64,000 nucleotides of DNA from an uncultured Methanosarcinaceae archaeon (GTDB taxonomy: Archaea > Halobacteriota > Methanosarcinia > Methanosarcinales > Methanosarcinaceae): the NCBI GenBank assembly GCA_963721455.1, contig CAVRJG010000045.1:64001-128000 (forward strand), in the 5' to 3' direction. The translations under genes were made by a program, and so were the position numbers. The notes under the pieces are model-generated. The model saw nothing but the letters and a program-made list of their open reading frames with translations, did no database searches and was not told the DNA's origin. Every line of letters begins with the position of its first letter. The stretch's first letter is position 1. Below, in pieces: positions 32,926 through 44,796 of the stretch.

Positions 32926-33723
32926 ATGAGCACTATAGGTAAATCCGTAAGGATGGAGCGTATTTTCAATAGAAACACCGGTAACGCCATTATTATTCCT
33001 ATGGACCACGGAGTTGGTGCAGGTCCAATTGAAGGGCTTAAAAACCTTCAGGAAGCTGTAAACAGAGTCGCAGAAGGAGGGGCAAACGCCGTGCTCGGGC
33101 ATATGGGGCTTTCCAAACACGGACACCGGGGATACGGGCATGATGTAGGGCTTATAATCCACCTCTCAGCTTCAACTTCCCTTGCCCTTGATCCGAACCA
33201 CAAAGTTCTGGTAACAACCGTAGAAGAAGCTATAAAAGTCGGAGCTGATGCCGTCTCAGTCCATATTAACATAGGAGCTGAAGACGAGTATGAGATGCTA
33301 CAGGGTCTCGGCTATGTGGCAGGAAAGTGTGACGAATGGGGAATCCCACTCCTTGCCATGATGTACCCGCGTGGGAAAAAAGTTAGATCCGAATATGATG
33401 TGGATGTTGTAAAACATGCAGCCAGAATCGGAGCCGAGCTTGGAGCAGATATAATCAAGACAAACTACACAGGAAGCCCGGAGACTTTTAAAGAAGTGGT
33501 TGACGGGTGTCCGGTACCTGTAATCATAGCAGGCGGCCCGAAGGTGGAATCCGAACAGGAATTGCTGGAGATGATCGAAGGATCTCTCAAATCCGGAGGG
33601 CGGGGTGTTGCCATTGGAAGAAATGTTTTTCAGGCAGAAGACCCCACAGGGCTTGTCCGGAGAATTGCGAAAATCGTTCACGAAGGCGCGAGCGCGGAAG
33701 AGTTAACGAAAATGGGCAGGTAA
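32926..33723 (+). CDS. Class I aldolase (DhnA family; 2-amino-3,7-dideoxy-D-threo-hept-6-ulosonate synthase-like)
   Basis: [32 protein letters not shown]. Confidence 0.9.
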   Translation: MSTIGKSVRMERIFNRNTGNAIIIPMDHGVGAGPIEGLKNLQEAVNRVAEGGANAVLGHMGLSKHGHRGYGHDVGLIIHLSASTSLALDPNHKVLVTTVEEAIKVGADAVSVHINIGAEDEYEMLQGLGYVAGKCDEWGIPLLAMMYPRGKKVRSEYDVDVVKHAARIGAELGADIIKTNYTGSPETFKEVVDGCPVPVIIAGGPKVESEQELLEMIEGSLKSGGRGVAIGRNVFQAEDPTGLVRRIAKIVHEGASAEELTKMGR

Positions 33724-33869
33724 GCCTGAAGGTTAAAAGGCCTGACGTAAAAATTAAAAACTGAATTTAAAAACCGGACAGAATGAAGAAAGTCAGGAAG
33801 AGCAAATTTATTCATTCCAGTGGAAATTAAAGGGATGTTATATTTTAGAAGGAAAGATCCATCAGAGAG

Positions 33870-33923
33870 GTGAACTACCCGCTAAATCAAAAGATTTAAC
33901 GGGTTTTACGCTTCGTTCTATAA
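33870..33923. mobile_element. IS200/IS605-type end remnant (short palindromic element)
   Basis: gtgaactaccc + hairpin acccgctaaatc/gatttaacgggt + cttcgttctataa; same gtgaactaccc at 63139. Confidence 0.55.
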
Positions 33924-34820
33924 AGAATAAAAGTAAGGAACCTGAATAAGGCTTCAGTTAAGTTTCAGGAAAAAGAAATAATACTGTGTAAAAAATTTGA
34001 ATTTGAAGCCCTGTATCTACTTAAAATCTCTCATTTGAGAGTTATTTTTCAGCATTTTGTTCCTTTCTCTGAATTTTATGTTCTTTTTTCAATGTTATGA
34101 CCCTTAAAGCCATAATTTTAGCAATGGCTATCAAGGGTATCGTTTCAAGCGCATATTTTAGAATAAAAGGAAGTGTCTCTTTAAACTGTAAGAAATTTTT
34201 TTCTGAGTATTTCTTATGCTCGATGAAAAAACATTGAGTTAAACTGTTATTCGCATATATATTTCATGAAAAATAGGCTGTTAATCCATAGATTGCAATG
34301 GAAATAAAGGGGTATTGAAACTCTCAGGGAAGGGAATAAAAATATGAGAGTGAATGCGTTTATGAAAATAAATATTTACATACAGTAGGTGGATTATAAG
34401 AGGTAAAGCTGCAGACAAAAATACCTCAGCGCCCTTAACAATCGCATCAAAAAGGAAAAGAGAAACATCTTCGCATAAAAATGAAAATATGAGAGATAAA
34501 TTGAAAAACATATAGAAAAGAAACAAAGAAGAGAGAAATGGAAGAAACAATGGTAGTAAAAAAAATTAACCCACAAAAGTTTCCAGTGGAAATAAAAGGG
34601 TCCCTCTTAGAAGAAATAAAAGAAAATTAAAAGATTCTGAAGACTTTTATAACAAATAAAATAATTTATAATAAATAAAATGATTTATGATAAATAAAAT
34701 GATTTTGTGAATTAAAAATTAAAACCTGAATTGAAATGATTGGAAACTGAAGGCAAAAAATAGAGATAGCTTTAGAGAAAATCAAACTGTTATAAGAAAA
34801 AATGAAGGTAGAATCCGGAA

Positions 34821-35816
34821 TTAAAGGTCAACAAAAGGAACAAGATCACAGCCTGTACATTTCAGGCACATGGTCCTTGCAAGCCCTGGATTAAGCCCGT
34901 ATTTCTTGAGTATCTCAGCTTCGATCTTCGCAAGCTTTAAAAGGCGCTCAGGAGATGGACGTTCTGTAAAACAGTCTCCAACCCTCAGAGGGTGCGGGTT
35001 TACCGGCCGCAGGACAGGAATTACCCCCATTTTTGCAAGAGTCTCTACCCCATCCCTGACAGAATCATCACTTTCTCCAAGCCCGATTATAAAATTACTG
35101 AAAACACGGTTTTTTCCGAAAATAGTCACAGCGTCCTTGAGTTTATCCAGGATATAATCAAGGGAAAGATCCCCGCAAACCTTTTGAAAGATCTCACTGT
35201 CCATAGTTTCAACATTGTACTTGACTTCGGAAACGCCTGCTTCATAGAATTTTCTGGAACAGCCTTCTGTAGGGTACACCGAAACTCCAATGGGGACATT
35301 GTACTTTTTGAGAGCAGGAAGCAGTTTGAGTACACGTTCCACTTCTCCTTCGATTGAGGTTTCAACTCCTGAGGTGAGTGAGATGGCTGTCAGATTTCCT
35401 GCCCGCAAAACCTCATCAATTATACGCAGGACTTCCTCCTTACTCTTAACATGCCCCTGCAATTTGGGCACAGGGCAATATTTGCAGTCAAATATGCACC
35501 TTTCGCAGAGGGTTATGAAAGCCTGATCAGGACAGTGGGCAGGAGCAGGCTCAAGTTTCCCCCGGGCAAGTTCTTTTCCTTCATAGAAAAGCGCAACATT
35601 TCCTTCGCCTTCTGCTCTTAAAATGGAAAGTGGAGAGTCTTTTTTTATGCTGAGCCTTACCCGCTTTTCTCCTGACCTGAAGAAAACGGAACTTATACCT
35701 GCCCCCGGACCCGCAGTGGAACCGCGAGCCTTTGGGATAAGTGAAGGATCTACGGAAACTGAACCTATAGAAATAAGGAAAGCTTTAATTTCCGGTGTAA
35801 TTGGCTTGCTTTGCAT
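34821..35816 (-). CDS. Radical SAM protein
   Basis: CIFDCKYC motif; C-terminal CLKCTGCD. Confidence 0.9.
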   Translation of the reverse strand: MQSKPITPEIKAFLISIGSVSVDPSLIPKARGSTAGPGAGISSVFFRSGEKRVRLSIKKDSPLSILRAEGEGNVALFYEGKELARGKLEPAPAHCPDQAFITLCERCIFDCKYCPVPKLQGHVKSKEEVLRIIDEVLRAGNLTAISLTSGVETSIEGEVERVLKLLPALKKYNVPIGVSVYPTEGCSRKFYEAGVSEVKYNVETMDSEIFQKVCGDLSLDYILDKLKDAVTIFGKNRVFSNFIIGLGESDDSVRDGVETLAKMGVIPVLRPVNPHPLRVGDCFTERPSPERLLKLAKIEAEILKKYGLNPGLARTMCLKCTGCDLVPFVDL

Positions 35817-36734
35817 GCAAATATTCCTCAAAATAATTATTTTTCTGTAGCTCCGGCCTTTTCTCTCATCTTCACTAAGAGGTATATAAATTATTCTGTT
35901 GATATAATTTAGACTGTATACCTCCGGATTCAAGACCGGAAAAAGATTTTCTCAGACCTTAAACTTGTCCTCTTAAACCTGAAAGTTAGGCTCGATATTC
36001 CACCTATCCTGCAAATTTGAGTTATAAAGCCGGAAAAAAGTCGCTTAGACCTGAGCATCAATTAAACTTCAGATTAACAGGAAGAAAAGGAGATGCAAAT
36101 GCCTGATTTTTACAGGGCGCAGGATAACATTATAGAGGTAATATAACATTAAAATAATGGACTAATGTTATAATGATATGTTAGTATTAGAGAGATAAAG
36201 TAGCATTATGTGTTAAAAATAATATATACTGTTGGCTCTTAGTATAACTTGCGTTCTCATCCCTTCAACACCCCACTAGTTGATATCTACTCCACAAGAA
36301 AAGGGATAAAAAGGAAAGGGAATAAAGAATAACAAAAACTCGCAACCCGTGAGTCCAGTACCTCAGTATCTCTTCCCACACAAAAATAAAAAGCATCTCT
36401 TAATGCCGTTCGGAACTTCCAGGTTCTTGGATGAGAACGCAAATCTATTTTTGAAAAATATTACAATAATCACTGTTTTCTTTTCGAATCGTTCACTTCT
36501 CAGACCAGATACTCTTACTATGGAAAATAGTCTGATTTAGATACATCCGGTTTAGACACATTTCTTTTTTGAATATCATCCCGGATTCTTTCCGGTTCGG
36601 GTTATAATTTCAAACGTAAATATCTGCACAGAACTGAACTTTATAATGTAGTCCTCTCGAACGAATACGAAAAAGAACGATATAACTGTCCCTGAATTAG
36701 TCACCTCGAAAAAGCGCAGCTCAGTATCTTTTTA

Positions 36735-36919
36735 TAAATTAGTCCGCTTGAGCGAGCGAAGCGAGTGAAACGGACCGCGTACTCCCGAAGCGCAATTCGG
36801 GAAGTGAAACGGACCCCGTGCTGTTGCGATTACATCGCAACTCCCAGAAAATCTCCGATTTCCTGTGATCCCGAAGCGGAACTCGGGAGCCGCAACTCTG
36901 CCGGCGCGACGCGAGCGGT
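36735..36919. repeat. REP-like intergenic palindromic element (related to 23025-23134)
   Basis: taaattagtccgcttgagcg..., tcccgaagcgcaattcggga, tcccgaagcggaactcggga. Confidence 0.75.
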
Positions 36920-37007
36920 ATTGCCAATTTTATATATATGGGAAAATAGATTATACATTTCAGACAACCTAAAAAACAACTTTATTGCAATAAAAAAGGA
37001 GAGAGAC

Positions 37008-38108
37008 ATGAAAGTTATGATCATAGGGGGTTTTCTCGGAAGCGGGAAAACAACTACCATACTGAAAATCAGCAGGCAGCTCAGTAACGCAGAAAAAAGG
37101 ACTGCAATCATCGTAAATGAGATCGGGGAAATCGGGCTTGATGGGGATATTCTCTCAGGCCCGGACATTGTAACTGAGGAGCTTACAAGTGGCTGCATCT
37201 GCTGTACCCTCAGAATCAGTATGCAGTACACCCTTCAGACCCTTGAGGAAGAGTTTGGGCCTGACATTGTTATTATCGAGCCGACAGGGATTGCCTTTCC
37301 AGGGCAGATAAGGGAAGAAATAGAAACAATGGGGCTTTCAGACCTCTCCTTTGCCCCGGTAGTAACCCTTGTAGATCCAGGCCGTTTCGGGACCGAAGCA
37401 AAAGAAATCCCGAGGTTTATCGAGACCCAGATAAGGGAAGCCGAAATTCTCTGCATAAACAAGACAGATATAACGCCTGCAGAAATTGTCCTGTCCACCG
37501 AGAAAATGATCCATGAGATAAACCCTGAGGCGCGGATTCTGAAATTCTCGGCAAAACGTGGAGATGAGCAATTCGAAAAGCTGCTTCTCCATCTTGCTGT
37601 GCCAGGGCTGAAAAAACCTCCCGAAGAAAAGAAAAACTCAATTAAGCTTTCAGAAGTCTCGGCTTATTCAGTTCTCTATATCCTCCCATCCGGCGCTCTT
37701 AACCCTGAAAAAGGCGTGCGCTTTATAGAAGAGAACCTCAGGAATATTCAGGAAAGAGTCCGGGAAATTAATCCTGAATTTGTAGGGCATGTAAAGCTTT
37801 CCCTGAAACTTCCGGAATCTACGGTCAAGGGCAGTGTGACCTCCTCTAAAGAACCGCCTCAGGTAGAAATTATTCCGGATAGGAAAAGTGAGAAAGCCGA
37901 ACTCAGGCTGCTTTCAGCAATTACAAAAGTCCCGAAAAATGAACTCACCGATATCATTGAGAGTGTTCTCGAAGAGAACCTTCGGAAATCAGCGATTACT
38001 TTTGAGAAAGACGTTCACGAGCACGAACATGAGCATGATGCTGAAGATCATAGTAAGCATGAAAAAGACCAAATGTGCAGGATTAATATATACAGGAAAG
38101 ATGAATGA
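37008..38108 (+). CDS. CobW/HypB/UreG (G3E) family metallochaperone GTPase with His-rich C-terminus
   Basis: GGFLGSGKTT, VNEIG, GCICC, IEPTG, NKTD, HEHEHEH; RBS-preceded ATG at 37008. Confidence 0.9.
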   Translation: MKVMIIGGFLGSGKTTTILKISRQLSNAEKRTAIIVNEIGEIGLDGDILSGPDIVTEELTSGCICCTLRISMQYTLQTLEEEFGPDIVIIEPTGIAFPGQIREEIETMGLSDLSFAPVVTLVDPGRFGTEAKEIPRFIETQIREAEILCINKTDITPAEIVLSTEKMIHEINPEARILKFSAKRGDEQFEKLLLHLAVPGLKKPPEEKKNSIKLSEVSAYSVLYILPSGALNPEKGVRFIEENLRNIQERVREINPEFVGHVKLSLKLPESTVKGSVTSSKEPPQVEIIPDRKSEKAELRLLSAITKVPKNELTDIIESVLEENLRKSAITFEKDVHEHEHEHDAEDHSKHEKDQMCRINIYRKDE

Positions 38109-38245
38109 AAATAATGTAAAATTTAACTTAAAGATAAGGTGAAAACCTGCGACTTAACCGAGAAGAGTTATAATAACACTTAGCCTTTTCGGAACTTTTA
38201 AAAAATCCGGTTTCAATCAATAAAAATGAGAGATGGAGTTTTGGT

Positions 38246-38554
38246 ATGAACGAGGAAATCGATGAACTTGACGCTTATTTCGACAAAAAATGTGAACCGA
38301 CTGAAGGCGAAGCCGTCAAACTGGAACATATGATGATGGAAAAGATTTCCATAAGCCCCGCAAGAAGAAAGCTTCTCCGGGTTGTCGGAGTCTTTGGGAA
38401 GACTGAAAAACAGCTAAAGGAAGAGTCAGGATTAAACGATTTCTTCTTTAAGTTCCATATGGATTTCCTGCTAAAAGAGGGATTCCTGAAATCCGAAGAA
38501 GGGATGTACCGCCTGACGGATGCTGGAATTGCTATGCACGATTCTGTGTGTTAA
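38246..38554 (+). CDS. Small winged-helix protein
   Basis: RRKLL, FHMDFL..EG, YRLTDAG wing. Confidence 0.7.
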   Translation: MNEEIDELDAYFDKKCEPTEGEAVKLEHMMMEKISISPARRKLLRVVGVFGKTEKQLKEESGLNDFFFKFHMDFLLKEGFLKSEEGMYRLTDAGIAMHDSVC

Positions 38555-38789
38555 ATAAACATTTTTTAACTTTCCCTCTATTTATTACTATTAATAATAT
38601 AATTTTTGGTCGCGGGCGGGTTAACTCCATCCTGATTTCGGAAGGCTGCCTTTTGTTAAAAAGCGATAAGTTTTTATGTTTGTCTTGTCAATGGCGTTAT
38701 GACCAAACTTTTCGATATCCTATGGAAGTTTCAAAAACGCCAATTTAATTTCCAGATATATCGAGCAACCAAAAGGAGTGTGAAAAAAT

Positions 38790-38972
38790 ATGCCAGCATT
38801 AGTTAATGCAGATGAATGTTCAGGATGCGGAAGCTGTGTCGATGAGTGCCCCTCTGAAGCAATTACTCTTGATGAAGAAAAGGGAATTGCAGTAGTCGAC
38901 CAGGACGAATGTGTAGAATGCGGTGCATGCGAAGAGGCATGTCCGAATCAGGCAATTAAAGTAGAAGAGTAA
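38790..38972 (+). CDS. 2[4Fe-4S] ferredoxin
   Basis: Two CxxCxxCxxxCP motifs. Confidence 0.95.
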   Translation: MPALVNADECSGCGSCVDECPSEAITLDEEKGIAVVDQDECVECGACEEACPNQAIKVEE

Positions 38973-39062
38973 AACTGCAGTCAATTGGAATAATCTTTTT
39001 ATTCCATTTTTCTTTTTCCTTTTTATCAATCATTTTTTATCTTTCCGGAGGTAGCTTTTTAG

Positions 39063-40091
39063 ATGGTAGCAATTAAAGCGGGTATTTTAGGCGCTACAGG
39101 CGCTGTCGGGCAGAGATTTGTAGAAGCACTTGCAAACCACCCCTGGTTTGAGATTACAGCCCTTGCAGCATCCGAAAGAAGCGCCGGCAAAACATATAAA
39201 GAAGCCGCGGGCTGGAGACTGGATAGAGCTATGCCGGAAAGTGTTGAAAACATCGAAGTTGTCCCCGTTGACCCAAAAGCCGTAGATGCGGACGTGGTTT
39301 TCTCGGCACTTCCTGCAGACCTTGCCCTCACAGTAGAACCCGAGTTCGCAAAAGCCGGGTTTGCAGTGGCAAGCAATGCGTCATCCTACAGGATGGAAAA
39401 GGATATCCCTCTGGTAATCCCCGAGGTAAATTCAGAACACCTTGGGCTTCTCGAAGTCCAGCAGGATACAAGGGGATGGGACGGATACATTATCACAAAC
39501 CCCAATTGCTCCACGATTGTCATGACCCTTACCTTAAAGCCTCTCATGCAGTTTGGGCTCGAAACCATACAGGTAGCCACAATGCAGGCGATCTCAGGGG
39601 CAGGATTTTCCGGAGTTGCCGCAATGGCAATCTATGACAATGTAATTCCCTATATCGGAAGCGAAGAAAAGAAGATGGAGACTGAAACCTTAAAGCTCCT
39701 TGGAGAGTTCAATGGCTCTGAAATCGTGCCTGCAGACATAAGAGTCAGCGCTTCCTGCCACAGAGTCCCTGTTATCGATGGGCATACTGAAGCTATCTGG
39801 GCTGGAATGAGGGATAAACCGACAGCTGAAGAAGTAAGGGAAGCCTTCCTGAATTTTGACCCCAGGCTGGGAGAACTTCCTTCCGAACCTAAAAAAGCCC
39901 TGATCGTAAGAGACGAAATTGACAGGCCTCAGCCGCGCCTTGACCGTAATATGGGGAAAGGCATGAGCGTCTCAGTGGGCCGGATAAGAGAAGGAATCCG
40001 CTACATCGCAATGGGGCATAACACCATCCGCGGAGCAGCCGGAGCAAGTGTCCTTAATGCGGAACTTCTGCATTCCATGGGCAAGCTCTGA
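39063..40091 (+). CDS. asd: Aspartate-semialdehyde dehydrogenase
   Basis: [38 protein letters not shown]. Confidence 0.96.
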   Translation: MVAIKAGILGATGAVGQRFVEALANHPWFEITALAASERSAGKTYKEAAGWRLDRAMPESVENIEVVPVDPKAVDADVVFSALPADLALTVEPEFAKAGFAVASNASSYRMEKDIPLVIPEVNSEHLGLLEVQQDTRGWDGYIITNPNCSTIVMTLTLKPLMQFGLETIQVATMQAISGAGFSGVAAMAIYDNVIPYIGSEEKKMETETLKLLGEFNGSEIVPADIRVSASCHRVPVIDGHTEAIWAGMRDKPTAEEVREAFLNFDPRLGELPSEPKKALIVRDEIDRPQPRLDRNMGKGMSVSVGRIREGIRYIAMGHNTIRGAAGASVLNAELLHSMGKL

Positions 40092-40290
40092 TCAAAAATA
40101 GAAAATAACAGAACAGAAATGAAATGAAAAGTAAAAGCTTCAGGGATTTAGACTTTTGCTTTTCTACTTCACTTTCCCACTTTCCTGTTCTACTCGATTC
40201 TATTGAATCCTTTTCAATTCTCCGGAACCTTCTCGGGATTAAATCAGCGCAATTCTTCTGTTTTTACTTTCCTCATGTCTTTTGAGATTT

Positions 40291-41481
40291 TCAGGAAAAG
40301 AGTTTTCTTGCAGCCTCTTCTGTCCTTCTCATGACCTCTCTTACAGGAACACCGCTGATTTTTGCGATTTTCTTGCAGTCCTCAAACTCAGCAGAGATAT
40401 TAAGCAGGATACCTTCCGAGTCCCTGGCAATCTTGACCGCAGCTTCATATACCTGCCCTTCGACCTCAAGTTTAACCGTTTCAATTTTTCGGGCGGCCAT
40501 CAGCCTGTGCCGGGTAGGGATAATTCTAACCCCCAGAGACCCTGTTTCGATGATGATTTTACGGGCGAGCTTCGCAGTATCTTCAGGCTTTGCAATGACC
40601 TTGATAATATGAGCAGGACGGCCTTTTTTCATTGTTGCCGGGATAATTGCAACATCCCTTGCCCCCATCGCAAGCAATTCCTCGAACAGGTTCCCCAGGA
40701 CTTCTCCGCTCACATCGTCAGCATTAGTTTCGAGCACCTCAATTATATCCGGGATCAGGCAGGAATCAAGTTCGGAAAGTACTCCCTGAAGCACGTTGGG
40801 CCCGGCCAGGTCTGAGTCTCCGGCCCCGTAGCCTATTGAAATTACCCTGCCCTGAGGAAAAGCTTCCACTGGCCTTGCAAAATGGGCAAGAATAGCAGCC
40901 CCTGTAGGGGTAAGAAGTTCCTTTTTCTCACCGCCTCCCCTGAAATAGAATTTCCCTCTCCTGAGAAGTTCAAGGGTAGCAGGAGCTGGCACAGGCAGAG
41001 TTCCGTGCGCACATTCTAGCGCCCCGCTGCCCACATTTATAGGGGTGCAGTAAACAGAACCGCAGTCAAGGGCATGGATAGCTGCCGAAGAGCCTATTAC
41101 ATCGGCAAGGGCATCACTCTGCCCCACCTCATGAAAATGGAGTTGTTCAAGGTCAGACTGCCCGTGGACTGAAGCTTCGGCTTCCGCCATCTTCAAAAAG
41201 ATGTCAAGAGCACTTGCCTCCACCCTCGAAGGCAGCTTTGCAGCCTTTACCAGATCCACGAGTTCCGGATATGTGCGGACAGGTTCTTTTTCAGGAACTG
41301 TTATCCGGACATCCAGAGCTTTTATTCCTCTTTTCAGAACTTCTCTTATATCCACGGATACATCGACAGAAGCTTCTATCAGTTCTTTAACCGCTTTCCT
41401 GTCAGCCCCGAGATCAAGAGCGCATCCGAGGATCATATCTCCTGCTGCCCCTGAAAAAGGATTGAATACAAGCGCTTTCAT
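40291..41481 (-). CDS. larC: Nickel pincer cofactor biosynthesis protein LarC
   Basis: SGAAGDM, HFHEVG..D, AHG.LPVPAPAT, TPTGAA, ETN.DD, MKKGRP. Confidence 0.93.
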   Translation of the reverse strand: MKALVFNPFSGAAGDMILGCALDLGADRKAVKELIEASVDVSVDIREVLKRGIKALDVRITVPEKEPVRTYPELVDLVKAAKLPSRVEASALDIFLKMAEAEASVHGQSDLEQLHFHEVGQSDALADVIGSSAAIHALDCGSVYCTPINVGSGALECAHGTLPVPAPATLELLRRGKFYFRGGGEKKELLTPTGAAILAHFARPVEAFPQGRVISIGYGAGDSDLAGPNVLQGVLSELDSCLIPDIIEVLETNADDVSGEVLGNLFEELLAMGARDVAIIPATMKKGRPAHIIKVIAKPEDTAKLARKIIIETGSLGVRIIPTRHRLMAARKIETVKLEVEGQVYEAAVKIARDSEGILLNISAEFEDCKKIAKISGVPVREVMRRTEEAARKLFS

Positions 41482-41526
41482 AAAGACCCCTTCCTGAATT
41501 TCATTTTCAATTTATCCCCCTGTTTA

Positions 41527-42331
41527 TTATCCTTCCTGAGCTTCATTTTCTTTCTTCCCGTGGGTCCCAGCAGCCGCAATCATGTTTGCGATCCGGGCTG
41601 CATACGCTCCCGCAACAAAGCCCGCATCAATATTTACTACTGCAAGAGTAGAACAGGATTGGAGCATTGACAGCAGGGCAGCTTTTCCTCCGCCGCCTGC
41701 CCCGTAACCTGTAGAGACCGGAAGCCCGATTACAGGCACATCGACAAGTCCCGAGACTATTGTGGGAAGCGTTCCTTCCCTGCCGGCTGCAACAACGATT
41801 GCTCCAGGCATCATAGATTTTAGCTTATGCAGTTCGGGAATCAGCCTGTGGATTCCTGCAACCCCTACATCATAAACAGTAATAGTTTCACAGCCCATTT
41901 CTGAGGCCACAACCCTGGCTTCTTCCGCAGCCGGGATATCTGCCGTGCCTGCCGAAACAATTCCTACAACGCCGCCTGTTCTGGGTACAGGAGTGCCGTC
42001 ATGGATAATAACTGTGCGGGCCCTGCAGTTCCACTCAAGTTTATCCTGACCGAAGGCCTGCTTTAAGGCTTCAAGATGTACTGGGGAGACACGGGTAATG
42101 AGGGCTCTTTTGCTCTCTGCAACCATGACTCTGGCAATCTCCACCACATCCTCAGGCTCCTTGCAGTCAGCAAGGATGGCCTCAATTATTCCTGTCCTGC
42201 TTTTCCTGTGGGAATCAAGCTTTGCAATGCCTAGCATAGGAGACAAAACCCAGGCCACGGGCTTGCTTTTCCGCAGCCTCAACATCCATTTTTCCGTCTT
42301 TGACAGCCCTTAGTATATCAGTGAGGTCCAT
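41527..42331 (-). CDS. larB: Nickel pincer cofactor biosynthesis protein LarB (1-nt frameshift near 42232)
   Basis: MDLTDILRAVKDG... N-terminus joins IAKLD after removing one base; AGTAD, DVGVAGIHR, PVSTGYG, VVNIDAGF. Confidence 0.88.
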
Positions 42332-42663
42332 GTACCACCCTTCGCCTAGAAGAATTAGATACTTTAGCAATAAACAGTTTAAATACCAAGTTGTTAGATA
42401 ACAATTTATTATTTTGGAGGCTCTTTAGAGTTTCGCGCTATACTCATATAAGCTTGATTTTCAGAATTATTTGGGTTATTGCTTTGCAATTTGAGGTAAA
42501 AATTCAAAATTCTAAAGCTGGATGAGTATAAAGCTGGATGAGTATAATTAACTGAACTTGAAGATAAGCAGCGGAAAATGGAGATATTGTTTAATCTTTC
42601 AATAAAGTCAGCTTAAACAATATCTTCATTTTGTCTTTTTGGCACTTCGAATCGTTCTCGCTT

Positions 42664-43866
42664 TTAAGTCCGCTTGAACATCTGTTTTGCCATGGCAACT
42701 CTCTGCTCCAGAGTCAGGTCCTTCCAGTTCTTCTACAACGGATTCGAGAATCGTTGGTATGTCAAGGTGCTGGGGACATTTTTCAAGGCACTGTCCGCAT
42801 TGTACGCACAGGGATGCAAACTCGGGTTCTCCGACGGACAGGACGCTACCCAGCCTTGCAGCATACATGAACTTTGCTTCGTCTGCATTGCCGGACCATG
42901 TACAGGTTGTTGTACGATTCGAAACAGAGTGGAATATTCACCCCTCCGGACAGGGCATACAGTACCGGCAGCCTGTACAGCCTACTTTCATCAGTTCACG
43001 GTACTTCCGCTCTACTTTTTTTACCAGCTGCAGTTCAGCTTCAGTCAGAGAATTTGGGTATGCTTTGTCTGCTACTGTAAGATTCTCTTCAATATGTGTT
43101 TCCTCATTCATCCCGGAGAGGACAACCGTGACCTCCGGGTGGTTCCATACCCAGCGAAGAGCCCATTCTGCAGCGGTCCTCTTCGTCGGAGCCTCATCCC
43201 AGATCTCTTTCACGGCAGGAGGCACGGGGCTTGTCGAGGTTCCCTCCGCGGAGGGGCTCCATAATGATTACTCCAAGGCCTTTTGAGGCTGCATATTCCA
43301 GACCCTCGGTACCTGCCTGGTTCTTTTCGTCCAGGAAGTTGTACTGGATCTGGCAAAAGTCCCAGTCATAGGCGTCCACTATCCGATTGAAATCCTCTCC
43401 CGCGCCGTGGAAGGAAAAACCTGCGTTAATTGATGCGGCCGTCAGCTTTGGCTTTGTCAAGGAAATCAGCTACACCCAGCTTTTCAATATTGTCCCACAG
43501 ATCACCAACGAGAGCGTGGATGAGGTAATAGTCGATGTGATCTGTTTTGAGTTTCTCCAGCTGAGCATTCAGGAACTTATCCATATCCTCCCGGCTCTCT
43601 ATAAGCCAGGAGGGAAGTTTTGTGGCGAGTTTAACTTTTTCGCGGTATCCGTCAGCAAGAGCACGACCTAAAAAAGGCTCGCTCTGTTCCATGTGATAGG
43701 GCCAGGCCGTATCAACATAGTTTACTCCGTGGTCGATTGCATAGCGTACCTGCTTAGTGGCTCTTTCTTCATCTATACTACCGTCTTCTTTCACTGGAAG
43801 GCGCATGCATCCAAACCCAAGTATCGAAAGCTCGTCTCCATTTTTAGGCATTTTTCTGTACAGCAT
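42664..43866 (-). CDS. Aldo/keto reductase with C-terminal 4Fe-4S domain (about 5 single-base indels)
   Basis: [58 protein letters not shown] spread across frames. Confidence 0.85.
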
Positions 43867-43965
43867 TTTTATTCTCCTGAATTTTTGAATTGTTTTACTT
43901 GCTCCTGATTGATCTTTTGATTGACTGCTTATTTTTACGATAAATCATTCGTTAATTTTTGCACC

Positions 43966-44030
43966 TGATTGACTGGTCACTCACATGTGGAGTGAAAAAA
44001 TTATTTTTTAGCTAGACCTCTCCAGATAAT
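43966..44030. repeat. Duplicate of tetR 3' end + operator-like palindrome (copy of 45980-46046)
   Basis: tgattgactg(g/a)tcactcac..gtggagtgaaaaaattatttt(t)tagc.agacctctccagataat in both places. Confidence 0.85.
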
Positions 44031-44085
44031 TCCTTGAATTTCTGTTCGCTTAATTCTACCCTGTTCATTGTATGTTCTGCTCCAA

Positions 44086-44625
44086 TCAAATCGCTTTTCC
44101 CATTTCATATGCCTGCTTCATTGCTTTGCTTCCTTTAATGTCTCCCATATGCCAGGCACCAGTTCCATAAATAGTACCCTTTTCCGTTGCTCTTTCAAGG
44201 CAGGAAGTAAATCCCCGGAATCCTTCCAATGTTCTCTCCATAGCCTGCTTACTATCGTCGGCTGCCGTTACAATAAAATAAAAATCCTTGTCGTTGATTT
44301 CTGTGTAACGGGAGCAAGTGCGGTCAATTAGAGTCTTCATTTGACCATTCATCGTGTAGAAGTACACCGGCGTTGCCATTACAATCGCATCTGCCGCAAG
44401 CATTTTTTCCAGAATTTCTGCCATATCGTCTTTTTGGGGGCAGCTATTTTCCATGTTATAACAGGCTCCACATCCTGTGCAGTAATTGATTTCCTTGTCA
44501 TTCAAGAATATCTTCTCTGCAGTGTGTCCGGCTTCTTTTGCTCCAAGCATAAACTGGTCGCACAACAGGTCGGAGTTTCCGCCTTTCCTCGGGCTGGCGG
44601 ACAGCACCAATACTTTTTTACTCAT
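44086..44625 (-). CDS. Flavodoxin family / iron-sulfur flavoprotein
   Basis: SPRKGGNS, CTGCGAC......C, ATPVYF, KTLIDR. Confidence 0.88.
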   Translation of the reverse strand: MSKKVLVLSASPRKGGNSDLLCDQFMLGAKEAGHTAEKIFLNDKEINYCTGCGACYNMENSCPQKDDMAEILEKMLAADAIVMATPVYFYTMNGQMKTLIDRTCSRYTEINDKDFYFIVTAADDSKQAMERTLEGFRGFTSCLERATEKGTIYGTGAWHMGDIKGSKAMKQAYEMGKAI

Positions 44626-44796
44626 TGAAATTATCCTCCGTATTTTGAGTTATGCGAATTTATCAAAACAATTTTTTGCATCCAGCATCCTGCTTTCACT
44701 CTAAGCGGACATTCGGAATCCGCTTATCTACACCCTCATAACTGTATTCATCTTTATTTGTCAAGCAAAGATGCTAAAAAATGATACTCGAACAGT

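Noticed and set aside
34655-34710. Short AT-rich tandem repeats (also 14154-14190 and 23570-23606)
   Set aside because: Two to three copy slippage duplications with no supporting context
36765-37007. N-terminal extension of the CobW-like GTPase
   Set aside because: Runs through the REP-like repeat; the RBS-preceded ATG at 37008 matches the family start
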